This document shows positions 17,067 to 25,999 of a stretch of DNA of 32,030 bases, one piece after another. The notes beneath the pieces were generated by a model, which was not told where the DNA came from, ran no database searches, and saw nothing but the letters and a program-made list of their open reading frames with translations. The position numbers and the translations under genes were made by a program. Where the stretch lies: the IMG/VR virus record IMGVR_UViG_2778261510_000008. One strand, written 5' to 3'. Origin of the DNA: a virus (lineage: Duplodnaviria > Heunggongvirae > Uroviricota > Caudoviricetes). Each line of letters starts with the position of its first letter. Within the stretch, counting starts at the first letter, position 1.

Positions 17067-17496
17067 TGCCGTCACGGTGCTGAAAACCAGTCCCGAGATG
17101 CTGCGGATATTCGTGGATAACGGGAGTATTGCCTCCACACTGGCGACGTCGCTGTCATTTGAAAAGCGTTACACGCTCAATGTCATTGTGACCGACTTTA
17201 CCGGTGATTTTGACCTGCTCATCGTGCCGGTGCTGGCGTGGCTGCGGGAAAATCAGCCCGACATCATGACCACTGACGAAGGCCAGAAAAAGGGCTTCAC
17301 GTTTTATGCAGACATCAACAATGACAGCAGCTTTGATATCAGCATCAGCCTGATGCTGACCGAGCGCACGCTGGTCAGTGAGGTGGACGGCGCGCTGCAT
17401 GTGAAGAATATCCCGGAACCCACGCCGCCGGAGCCGGTCACCCGCCCGATGGAGCTTTATATCAATGGCGAACTGGTGAGCAAGTGGGATGAATGA
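17029..17496 (+). CDS. R: Tail completion protein, P2 gpR-like
   Basis: 155-aa ORF, order and size. Confidence 0.85.
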   Translation: MLKPDSLRRALTDAVTVLKTSPEMLRIFVDNGSIASTLATSLSFEKRYTLNVIVTDFTGDFDLLIVPVLAWLRENQPDIMTTDEGQKKGFTFYADINNDSSFDISISLMLTERTLVSEVDGALHVKNIPEPTPPEPVTRPMELYINGELVSKWDE

Positions 17497-17941
17497 GTTT
17501 AAGCGTTTTGAAGACCGGCTGACCGGACTGATTGAGTCGCTGTCACCGTCAGGGCGTCGGCGACTGAGTGCCGAACTGGCGAAACGTCTGCGGCAGAGTC
17601 AGCAGCGTCGGGTGATGGCACAGAAAGCCCCGGACGGCACACCCTACGCGCCACGCCAGCAGCAGAGCGCCAGAAAAAAGACCGGTCGTGTTAAGCGAAA
17701 AATGTTTGCGAAACTTATCACCAGTCGTTTTTTGCATATCCGCGCCAGCCCTGAACAGGCATCAATGGAGTTTTACGGCGGGAAGTCACCGAAAATCGCC
17801 AGTGTGCATCAGTTTGGTCTGTCGGAAGAAAACCGGAAAGACGGTAAGAAAATTGATTATCCGGCGCGTCCTCTGCTCGGCTTTACCGGTGAGGATGTGC
17901 AGATGATTGAAGAGATTATCCTGGCTCACCTCGACCGTTAG
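17489..17941 (+). CDS. S: Tail completion protein, P2 gpS-like
   Basis: 150-aa ORF, order and size. Confidence 0.85.
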   Translation: MNEFKRFEDRLTGLIESLSPSGRRRLSAELAKRLRQSQQRRVMAQKAPDGTPYAPRQQQSARKKTGRVKRKMFAKLITSRFLHIRASPEQASMEFYGGKSPKIASVHQFGLSEENRKDGKKIDYPARPLLGFTGEDVQMIEEIILAHLDR

Positions 17942-18007
17942 TTGTGCCATTCCCGACACCTCATCGTCACATTGCCGCCGGTATCACCCGGCGGCATCCT
18001 TCCCGTT

Positions 18008-18643
18008 ATGAACACTCTCGCAAATATCCAGGAACTCGCGCGCGCACTGCGCAACATGATTCGCACCGGCCTTGTCGTCGAAACCAACCTTAAAGCCGGT
18101 CGCTGCCGTGTGCAGACCGGCGGCATGTGCACCGACTGGCTTCAGTGGCTGACCTGTCGTGCCGGGCGTTCGCGCACATGGTGGGCACCTTCCGTGGGGG
18201 AGCAGGTGCTGATTCTGGCCGTGGGCGGTGAACTTGACACGGCGTTTGTTCTGCCGGGGATTTATTCCGGCGATAACCCCGCGCCGTCTGCGTCGGCGGA
18301 TGCCCTGCATATCCGTTTCCCTGACGGGGCGGTGATTGAGTATGAACCTGAAACCAGTGCACTGACGGTAAGCGGAATTAAAACGGCCAGCGTGACGGCT
18401 TCTGATTCTGTTACTGCCACGGTGCCGGTGGTCATGGTGAAAGCATCAACCCGCGTCACCCTGGACACACCGGAGGTGGTCTGCACCAACAGGCTGATTA
18501 CCGGCACGCTGGAAGTGCAGAAGGGCGGGACGATGCGCGGCAACATTGAACACACCGGCGGTGAACTCTCATCAAACGGTAAGGTACTGCACACCCATAA
18601 ACACCCCGGCGACAGCGGCGGCACAACCGGGAGTCCTCTATGA
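18008..18643 (+). CDS. V: Baseplate spike, P2 gpV-like
   Basis: 211 aa from ATG at 18008 (MNTLANIQ...) within ORF 17942..18643. Confidence 0.85.
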   Translation: MNTLANIQELARALRNMIRTGLVVETNLKAGRCRVQTGGMCTDWLQWLTCRAGRSRTWWAPSVGEQVLILAVGGELDTAFVLPGIYSGDNPAPSASADALHIRFPDGAVIEYEPETSALTVSGIKTASVTASDSVTATVPVVMVKASTRVTLDTPEVVCTNRLITGTLEVQKGGTMRGNIEHTGGELSSNGKVLHTHKHPGDSGGTTGSPL

Positions 18644-18987
18644 CAGCGCGTTATCTCGGAATGAATCGCAGTGATGGCCTGACGGTCACTGACCTCGAGC
18701 ATATCAGCCAGAGTATCGGCGATATCCTGCGCACACCAGTCGGCTCACGGGTGATGCGTCGTGATTACGGCTCGTTGCTGGCGTCAATGATTGACCAGCC
18801 GCAGACCCCGGCGCTTGAGTTGCAGATTAAGGTCGCCTGTTACATGGCGGTGCTGAAATGGGAACCCCGCGTCACCCTGTCATCCGTCACCACTGAGCGC
18901 AGTTTTGACGGGCGAATGACGGTCACGTTAACCGGCCAGCACAACGACACCGGCCAGCCACTTTCGTTAACCATCCCTGTGAGTTGA
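18640..18987 (+). CDS. W: Baseplate wedge protein, P2 gpW-like
   Basis: 115-aa ORF, order and size. Confidence 0.85.
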   Translation: MTARYLGMNRSDGLTVTDLEHISQSIGDILRTPVGSRVMRRDYGSLLASMIDQPQTPALELQIKVACYMAVLKWEPRVTLSSVTTERSFDGRMTVTLTGQHNDTGQPLSLTIPVS

Positions 18988-18991
18988 AACC

Positions 18992-19900
18992 ATGCCGATT
19001 ATCGACCTGAACCAGCTACCCGCACCGGATGTGGTCGAGGAGCTGGACTTTGAAACCATTCTTGCCGAACGCAAGGCGACACTGATTTCCCTTTACCCGG
19101 AAGACCAGCAGGAGGCGGTCGCCCGTACCCTGACGCTGGAATCCGAGCCTCTCGTCAAACTGCTGGAAGAAAACGCTTATCGTGAGCTTATCTGGCGTCA
19201 GCGTGTGAATGAGGCCGCACGGGCGGTGATGCTGGCCTGTGCCGCCGGTAATGACCTTGATGTGATTGGTGCCAATTACAACACCACGCGCCTGATTATC
19301 ACCCCGGCAGATGATTCGACTATCCCGCCAACACCGGCAGTGATGGAGTCTGACACCGATTATCGTCTGCGTATTCAGCAGGCGTTTGAGGGCTTAAGCG
19401 TCGCCGGGTCGGTGGGAGCCTATCAGTATCATGGTCGCAGTGCTGACGGGCGTGTCGCGGATATTTCTGTCACCAGTCCGTCTCCGGCCTGCGTCACCAT
19501 CTCTGTGCTGTCACGTGAAAATAACGGCGTCGCATCCGAAGACCTGCTGGCTGTGGTGCGTAACGCCCTTAATGGCGAGGACGTCAGGCCGGTGGCCGAC
19601 CGCGTGACCGTGCAGTCTGCCGCCATCGTTGAATACCAGATAAACGCCACGCTTTACCTTTACCCTGGTCCCGAAAGCGAACCCATACGCGCTGCCGCCG
19701 TGAAAAAACTGGAAGCGTACATCACGGCACAGCACCGGCTGGGGCGTGACATCCGTCTGTCTGCCATTTATGCCGCTTTGCATGTGGAAGGCGTGCAGCG
19801 TGTTGAACTGGCTTCACCACTGGCCGACATCGTGCTCAACAGTACGCAGGCGTCTTTCTGTACCGAATACCGCGTCGTGACCGGAGGCTCGGATGAGTGA
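18992..19900 (+). CDS. J: Baseplate protein, P2 gpJ-like
   Basis: 302-aa ORF, order and size. Confidence 0.85.
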   Translation: MPIIDLNQLPAPDVVEELDFETILAERKATLISLYPEDQQEAVARTLTLESEPLVKLLEENAYRELIWRQRVNEAARAVMLACAAGNDLDVIGANYNTTRLIITPADDSTIPPTPAVMESDTDYRLRIQQAFEGLSVAGSVGAYQYHGRSADGRVADISVTSPSPACVTISVLSRENNGVASEDLLAVVRNALNGEDVRPVADRVTVQSAAIVEYQINATLYLYPGPESEPIRAAAVKKLEAYITAQHRLGRDIRLSAIYAALHVEGVQRVELASPLADIVLNSTQASFCTEYRVVTGGSDE

Positions 19901-20504
19901 TTCGCGACTGCTGCCGACCGGCTCATCACCGCTTGAAGTCGCTGCTGCAAAAGCCTGTGCGGAAATTGAAAAAACGCCGGTCAGTATTCGTGAGCTGTGG
20001 AACCCGGACACCTGCCCGGCAAATCTGCTGCCGTGGCTGGCGTGGTCATTTTCGGTTGACCGCTGGGATGATAAGTGGCCGGAAGCGACAAAACGCGCTG
20101 TTATCCGCGATGCGTATTTCATTCACTGCCATAAGGGCACTATAGGCGCAATCCGGCGTGTGGTGGAGCCGCTCGGCTATCTGATTGAGGTGAGGGAGTG
20201 GTGGCAACTCAATGAGGAGCCGGGGACGTTCCGTATCGTTGTTGGCGTGCTTGAGCAGGGTATTACCGAGGAAATGTATCAGGAGCTGGAGCGCCTCGTT
20301 GCTGATGCAAAACCGGCAAGCCGCCATCTGACGGGACTGGCTATCAGTTTAAGTACAACCGGCAACATTTTTGCCGGTGCGGGATGCTATCACGGCGACG
20401 CCCTGACAGTTTATCCCTACACCCCGGAGGCCATTATTGTCGGAGGGGATTATTTCCCGGCCTCGGCCATTCATTTAATTGATAACCTGAGAGTAAACGC
20501 ATGA
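19893..20504 (+). CDS. I: Baseplate protein, P2 gpI-like
   Basis: 203-aa ORF between J and H. Confidence 0.8.
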   Translation: MSDSRLLPTGSSPLEVAAAKACAEIEKTPVSIRELWNPDTCPANLLPWLAWSFSVDRWDDKWPEATKRAVIRDAYFIHCHKGTIGAIRRVVEPLGYLIEVREWWQLNEEPGTFRIVVGVLEQGITEEMYQELERLVADAKPASRHLTGLAISLSTTGNIFAGAGCYHGDALTVYPYTPEAIIVGGDYFPASAIHLIDNLRVNA

Positions 20505-21784
20505 CAGTGAAATACTACGCCATTCTGACTAATCAGGGCGCAGCACGGCTGGCTAACGCGACGATGCTTGGCAGTAAGCTGAATCTGACGCAAATGGCCG
20601 TTGGTGATGCGAATGGTGTCTTGCCGACACCAGACCCGGCACAGACAAAACTGATTAACCAGAAACGCATCGCGCCGCTGAATCTTCTGAGTGTTGACCC
20701 GAACAACCAGAGCCAGATTATTGCGGAGCAAATTATCCCTGAGAACGAGGGTGGATTCTGGATCCGTGAGATTGGGCTTTATGATGATGAAGGCGTACTC
20801 ATTGCGGTGGCGAACTGCCCGGAAACGTACAAACCGCAGTTACAGGAAGGCAGCGGTCGTACCCAGACTATCCGCATGATTCTGGTTGTCACGAATACCG
20901 AAGCTATTACGCTGAAAATCGACCCGTCGGTGGTACTGGCGACCCGTAAATACGTGGATGATGAAGTCCTGGAATTAAGGCTGTATGTGGATGACCAGAT
21001 GAGAAACCACATTGCCGCACAGGATCCTCATACCCAGTATGCACAGAAACATAATCCGACATTTACCGGAGAACCAAAAGCGCCGACTCCTGATGCAGGA
21101 AATAACACCACGCGGATTGCGACCACTGCGTTTGTACAGGCTGCTATTACCGCTCTGATTAATGGTGCGCCTGCCACGCTGGACACACTGAAAGAAATTG
21201 CCGCAGCCATTAACAATGACCCGAAATTCAGCACCACCATTAACAATGCGCTGGCAGGTAAACAACCGCTGGACAATACGCTGACTCATTTGAGTGGAAA
21301 GGATGTTGCCGGTCTTCTCGCATACCTTGGTTTGGGAGAAGGTGCTCCAACTATTGGCGTTCCGTTCTTCTGGCCCTCCGCTGCAATGCCAAATACTGTA
21401 ATCGACAGCTGGTCCGGTATGGTGTTTTTGAAGTTCAACGGGGCGAAATTTTCTGCCTCTGATTACCCTGTGCTGGCGAAAGTGTTTCCTTCGCTGGTAT
21501 TACCTGAAGCCCGCGGTGATTTCATTCGTATCTGGGATGACGGGCGAGGTGCAGATGGTGGTCGCGAATTATTAAGCTGGCAGGAAGCTACAAACTTTTC
21601 TCAGTTTGCCGGGAATATAGGCGGAGGTGCGGGACACGCAATTAACTTTCATGATGGCATCGCCGGAAATCAGCCAGGATTTTCACGATTTAATTTCACC
21701 AGTAACTCTGTGGGTGATGGTGTGAATTTTGTTGCTGTCAGACCGCGAAATATTGCATTTAACTTTCTGGTGAGGGCTAAATAA
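20501..21784 (+). CDS. H: Tail fibre protein: P2 gpH-like constant N-terminal part fused to a variable C-terminal part lying inside the invertible segment
   Basis: 427 aa; N-terminus MTVKYYAILTNQGAARLANA... as recalled for P2 H; crossover site lies within the coding sequence at 21315..21340. Confidence 0.85.
   Translation: MTVKYYAILTNQGAARLANATMLGSKLNLTQMAVGDANGVLPTPDPAQTKLINQKRIAPLNLLSVDPNNQSQIIAEQIIPENEGGFWIREIGLYDDEGVLIAVANCPETYKPQLQEGSGRTQTIRMILVVTNTEAITLKIDPSVVLATRKYVDDEVLELRLYVDDQMRNHIAAQDPHTQYAQKHNPTFTGEPKAPTPDAGNNTTRIATTAFVQAAITALINGAPATLDTLKEIAAAINNDPKFSTTINNALAGKQPLDNTLTHLSGKDVAGLLAYLGLGEGAPTIGVPFFWPSAAMPNTVIDSWSGMVFLKFNGAKFSASDYPVLAKVFPSLVLPEARGDFIRIWDDGRGADGGRELLSWQEATNFSQFAGNIGGGAGHAINFHDGIAGNQPGFSRFNFTSNSVGDGVNFVAVRPRNIAFNFLVRAK
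21315..21340. repeat. Left recombination site (gix/cix/hix-like 26 bp) inside the tail fibre gene
   Basis: ttctcgcataccttggtttgggagaa is an imperfect inverted copy of 23061..23086; homology continues into ggtgct on both sides and preserves the reading frame. Confidence 0.65.
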
Positions 21785-22377
21785 TGAAACCTGTTTTTGA
21801 TGAAAATGGGCTGGCTACAGTGCCGGGCGATATGCGTTGTTTTTATTATGATGCTGAAACATCTGAGTATACGGGCTGGTCTGATGAATATATTAATAAT
21901 GGCGTAAGTATGCCCGCCTGTTCCACTGGTATTGACCCGGGCGAAAACATTCCGGGGAAAGTGGCAGTATTTACGGGTAAGGGATGGAGCCATGAAGAAG
22001 ACCATCGCAATGAGACTGTTTACTCAACAGAAAATGGCGCAGCTGTTACAGTGGATTATATCGGTGCCATCAAAAACGGTTATGTCACGCTTTCACCGTT
22101 AACGACATATGATAAATGGGATGGTGAGAAATGGGTGACAGATACTGAGGCACAGCATAACGCCGCAGTAGAAGCAGCAGAAGCACAGCGCCAGTCACTG
22201 ATTGATGCAGCAATGGCTTCCATTAGTCTGATTCAGCTGAAATTACAGGCCGGACGGAAACTGACTCAGGCAGAAACAACCCGACTTAACGCCGTGCTGG
22301 ATTACATTGACGCGGTGACGGCAACAGATACCAGCACCGCGCCGGATGTCATCTGGCCTGAACTGCCGGAGGCGTAG
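21784..22377 (+). CDS. Tail fibre assembly chaperone (gpG/U-like), current orientation
   Basis: 197-aa ORF right after H; C-terminal TSTAPD-x-x-WP motif shared with the convergent ORF. Confidence 0.75.
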   Translation: MKPVFDENGLATVPGDMRCFYYDAETSEYTGWSDEYINNGVSMPACSTGIDPGENIPGKVAVFTGKGWSHEEDHRNETVYSTENGAAVTVDYIGAIKNGYVTLSPLTTYDKWDGEKWVTDTEAQHNAAVEAAEAQRQSLIDAAMASISLIQLKLQAGRKLTQAETTRLNAVLDYIDAVTATDTSTAPDVIWPELPEA

Positions 22378-22777
22378 GCCATTCAATATCGGGTGCTGTT
22401 GAAGTATCAACACGCATCAGCAGCACACGGTATTTCTTCCATTCGGTGAGAGTTGAAGTTTCTTCATCAGTTGCGATATCAGCATCAACAGCATCCTGAC
22501 GCCAGGATATTTCACTGTCAGCTTTTTCCCGTAATTGGGATTTTTTAACTTCAGCAATAGCTATTAATTCCTTTTTGGTCGGCTGAGGAATATCTATCAG
22601 TGCTGGTTTTCCATTCAGTGTTCCAATCTGTTTTCCTGGTGGAATATCCATAAATAACTTTTTATGTTCTTCCTCACTGACTATTACACCATCATCAGGC
22701 CACAGACCTGATGCCTCAAATTTTTCTTTCTCCGATATGGGGAAAAAGCCATTTGCTTTAGCGCTCCATACGTACAT
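22349..22777 (-). CDS. Alternative tail fibre assembly chaperone (U'-like), convergent
   Basis: 142-aa ORF ending in [15 protein letters not shown], like the + strand chaperone; sits inside the invertible segment. Confidence 0.7.
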   Translation of the reverse strand: MYVWSAKANGFFPISEKEKFEASGLWPDDGVIVSEEEHKKLFMDIPPGKQIGTLNGKPALIDIPQPTKKELIAIAEVKKSQLREKADSEISWRQDAVDADIATDEETSTLTEWKKYRVLLMRVDTSTAPDIEWPTPPAVQAR

Positions 22778-22778
22778 A

Positions 22779-23086
22779 TCAATACCCCACCGCTATAATG
22801 TCCACATTAAATCCCCCGGGACCTGCCTGCCAGATGCTGGCCCCTGTTAATGATTTTGTTTGATGAACAACCGCCACATTTGCTGGCGATAGTGTTTCAG
22901 TTGTTACAGTACCGATATCATTCCAGTTAATTGAGATGGAATAGTTCGTTGTTGTAAACGACCGGGGGAAAGTTATGTGTCTTGCATTGGTGCCAACAGG
23001 AAATCCAAGATAAACACGCTGAATTATCATTCCTCCAGGTAACATAACCCAGTTAGCACCTTCTCCAAAACCAACGTTTATGAAAA
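22779..23086 (-). CDS. Silent alternative tail fibre C-terminal cassette (Sv'-like); expressed only after inversion fuses it to the H constant part
   Basis: Reading frame open from the right crossover site; encodes [14 protein letters not shown]... whose first residues parallel GLGEGA in H; no own start or promoter. Confidence 0.6.
23061..23086. repeat. Right recombination site (gix/cix/hix-like 26 bp)
   Basis: ttctccaaaaccaacgtttatgaaaa; its reverse complement ttttcataaacgttggttttggagaa aligns with 21315..21340. Confidence 0.65.
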
Positions 23087-23140
23087 TGCAGAAATAACGA
23101 GCAAATGGCATCATTCCTGCTTTTGTCAGAGGGATCCACT

Positions 23141-23734
23141 ATGCTTATTGGCTATGTACGCGTGTCAACAAATGACCAGAACACGGAATTGCAGCGTAAC
23201 GCGCTGGAGTGCGCGGGATGTGAGCGGATTTTTGAGGACAAAATCAGCGGCACGAAGTCCGACAGGCCGGGACTGAAAAAACTGCTCAGGACATTATCGG
23301 AGGGGGATACACTGGTAGTCTGGAAGCTGGACCGGCTGGGGCGTAGTATGCGGCATCTGGTCATTCTGGTTGAGGAGTTGCGCGAACGCGGCATTAATTT
23401 TCGCAGCCTGACGGATGCTATTGATACCAGCACGCCGATGGGGCGTTTTTTCTTTCATGTGATGGGTGCCCTGGCTGAAATGGAACGAGAACTCATTGTC
23501 GAGCGGACTCGGGCCGGGCTGGAAGCGGCCAGAGCCAAAGGTCGTATTGGTGGCAGACGACCGAAACTCACCGCGAGTGAGTGGGAGCAGGCCGGGCGTT
23601 TGCTGGCTGCAGGGGAGTCACGTCAACGCGTGGCACTGATTTTTGATATTGGTCTGTCCACGCTCTATAAAAAATTTCCCTCATCAGCGACAAAGAATAA
23701 ATTGTGTCATCCCTTAGCCAACCGGGACAAATAG
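23141..23734 (+). CDS. Serine DNA invertase, Gin/Cin/Hin/Pin family
   Basis: 197 aa from ATG at 23141; N-terminal catalytic motif GYVRVSTNDQ, resolvase fold residues, C-terminal HTH; next to the inverted-repeat sites. Confidence 0.85.
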   Translation: MLIGYVRVSTNDQNTELQRNALECAGCERIFEDKISGTKSDRPGLKKLLRTLSEGDTLVVWKLDRLGRSMRHLVILVEELRERGINFRSLTDAIDTSTPMGRFFFHVMGALAEMERELIVERTRAGLEAARAKGRIGGRRPKLTASEWEQAGRLLAAGESRQRVALIFDIGLSTLYKKFPSSATKNKLCHPLANRDK

Positions 23735-23793
23735 CCTGACATCTCCGGCACAACTGAAAATATCACTCACCCATTAACCACGGAGTTAAACGG

Positions 23794-24984
23794 ATGAGTG
23801 ACTATCATCACGGCGTGCAGGTGCTGGAGATTAACGACGGCACCCGCGTCATTTCCACCGTATCCACCGCCATTGTCGGCATGGTCTGCACGGCCAGCGA
23901 TGCGGATGCGGAAATCTTCCCCCTCAATAAACCGGTGCTGATTACCAATGTGCAGAGCGCAATTGCAAAGGCCGGTAAAAAAGGCACGCTGGCGGCGTCG
24001 TTGCAGGCCATCGCTGACCAGTCAAAACCGGTCACCGTAGTCGTGCGTGTGGAAGACGGCACCGGCGACGACGAAGAAACGAAACTCGCGCAGACTGTTT
24101 CCAATATCATCGGTACCACCGACGAAAACGGTCAGTACACCGGACTGAAAGCCCTGCTGGCGGCGGAGTCGGTAACCGGTGTTAAACCGCGTATTCTCGG
24201 TGTGCCGGGACTGGACACCAAAGAGGTGGCTGTTGCACTGGCATCAGTCTGTCAGAAGCTGCGCGCTTTCGGGTATATCAGCGCATGGGGCTGTAAAACC
24301 ATTTCCGAGGTGAAAGCCTACCGCCAGAATTTCAGCCAGCGTGAGCTGATGGTCATCTGGCCGGATTTCCTCGCATGGGATACGGTCACCAGTACCACCT
24401 CCACCGCGTATGCCACCGCCCGTGCGCTGGGTCTGCGCGCTAAAATCGACCAGGAGCAGGGCTGGCATAAAACGCTGTCCAACGTCGGGGTGAACGGTGT
24501 TACCGGCATCAGCGCATCTGTATTCTGGGATTTGCAGGAGTCCGGCACCGATGCTGACCTGCTGAACGAGGCAGGCGTCACAACGCTGATTCGCCGCGAC
24601 GGTTTCCGCTTCTGGGGTAACCGTACCTGCTCTGATGACCCGCTGTTCCTCTTTGAAAACTACACCCGCACCGCGCAGGTGCTGGCCGACACGATGGCTG
24701 AGGCGCACATGTGGGCGGTGGACAAGCCCATCACCGCAACGCTGATTCGCGACATCGTTGACGGCATCAATGCCAAATTCCGTGAGCTGAAAACAAATGG
24801 CTATATCGTGGATGCGACCTGCTGGTTCAGCGAAGAATCCAACGATGCGGAAACCCTCAAGGCCGGAAAACTGTATATCGACTACGACTATACCCCGGTG
24901 CCTCCTCTTGAAAACCTGACCCTGCGCCAGCGTATTACCGATAAATACCTGGCGAATCTGGTCACCTCGGTTAACAGCAATTAA
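23794..24984 (+). CDS. FI: Tail sheath protein, P2 gpFI-like
   Basis: 396-aa ORF, size and order. Confidence 0.9.
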   Translation: MSDYHHGVQVLEINDGTRVISTVSTAIVGMVCTASDADAEIFPLNKPVLITNVQSAIAKAGKKGTLAASLQAIADQSKPVTVVVRVEDGTGDDEETKLAQTVSNIIGTTDENGQYTGLKALLAAESVTGVKPRILGVPGLDTKEVAVALASVCQKLRAFGYISAWGCKTISEVKAYRQNFSQRELMVIWPDFLAWDTVTSTTSTAYATARALGLRAKIDQEQGWHKTLSNVGVNGVTGISASVFWDLQESGTDADLLNEAGVTTLIRRDGFRFWGNRTCSDDPLFLFENYTRTAQVLADTMAEAHMWAVDKPITATLIRDIVDGINAKFRELKTNGYIVDATCWFSEESNDAETLKAGKLYIDYDYTPVPPLENLTLRQRITDKYLANLVTSVNSN

Positions 24985-24996
24985 GGAGCCTGACCG

Positions 24997-25515
24997 ATGG
25001 CAATGCCGCGCAAACTCAAGTTAATGAACGTCTTTCTGAACGGCTACAGCTATCAGGGCGTTGCAAAGTCCGTCACGCTGCCAAAACTGACCCGTAAGCT
25101 CGAAAACTATCGCGGTGCGGGGATGAACGGCAGCGCACCGGTAGACCTCGGCCTTGATGACGATGCGCTGTCAATGGAGTGGTCGCTCGGGGGCTTCCCG
25201 GATTCGGTTATCTGGGAGCTTTACGCCGCAACCGGTGTGGATGCCGTGCCGATTCGTTTTGCAGGCTCTTACCAGCGCGACGATACCGGCGAAACGGTGG
25301 CCGTCGAAGTGGTCATGCGTGGACGTCAGAAAGAAATCGACACCGGCGAGGGTAAACAGGGAGAAGACACTGAGTCGAAAATCTCCGTGGTCTGCACCTA
25401 TTTCCGGCTGACGATGGACGGTAAGGAGCTGGTCGAAATCGACACCATCAACATGATTGAGAAGGTGAACGGCGTCGACCGGCTGGAGCAACACCGCCGC
25501 AATATCGGCCTGTGA
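24997..25515 (+). CDS. FII: Tail tube protein, P2 gpFII-like
   Basis: 172-aa ORF following sheath. Confidence 0.9.
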   Translation: MAMPRKLKLMNVFLNGYSYQGVAKSVTLPKLTRKLENYRGAGMNGSAPVDLGLDDDALSMEWSLGGFPDSVIWELYAATGVDAVPIRFAGSYQRDDTGETVAVEVVMRGRQKEIDTGEGKQGEDTESKISVVCTYFRLTMDGKELVEIDTINMIEKVNGVDRLEQHRRNIGL

Positions 25516-25571
25516 TTTTCATCCGGTCAGCCAGGCTGACCGGTTAACCCTGATTCAGAAGTGAGAAAACC

Positions 25572-25999
25572 ATGAACAAAGAAAATGTCATTACCCTGGA
25601 CAATCCGGTCAAGCGTGGTGAGCAGGTCATCGAACAGGTCACGCTGATGAAACCCAGTGCCGGGACGCTGCGCGGTGTCAGTCTGGCTGCGGTCGCAAAC
25701 TCCGAAGTTGATGCACTAATTAAGGTGTTGCCGCGCATGACGGCACCGATGCTGACCGAGCAGGAAGTTGCCGCACTGGAACTGCCTGACCTTGTGGCGC
25801 TGGCCGGTAAGGTGGTCGGTTTTTTGTCGCCGAACTCGGTGCAGTAACGTTCCCGAAAAATCTCTCGGTCGATGACCTGATGGCGGATGTGGCAGTGATA
25901 TTTCACTGGCCGCCATCAGAACTGTATCCCATGAGCCTGACCGAACTCATCACATGGCGCGAAAAGGCGCTCCGGCGAAGCGGAAACACGAATGAGTAA
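25572..25999 (+). CDS. E: Tail assembly chaperone E (25572..25847) and its -1 frameshift product E+E' (slip at TTTTTTG 25820..25826, ending 25999)
   Basis: 91-aa E ORF; the -1 frame is open from the T6G heptamer to a TAA at 25997..25999, overlapping the start of T; the same arrangement as P2 E/E'. Confidence 0.8.
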
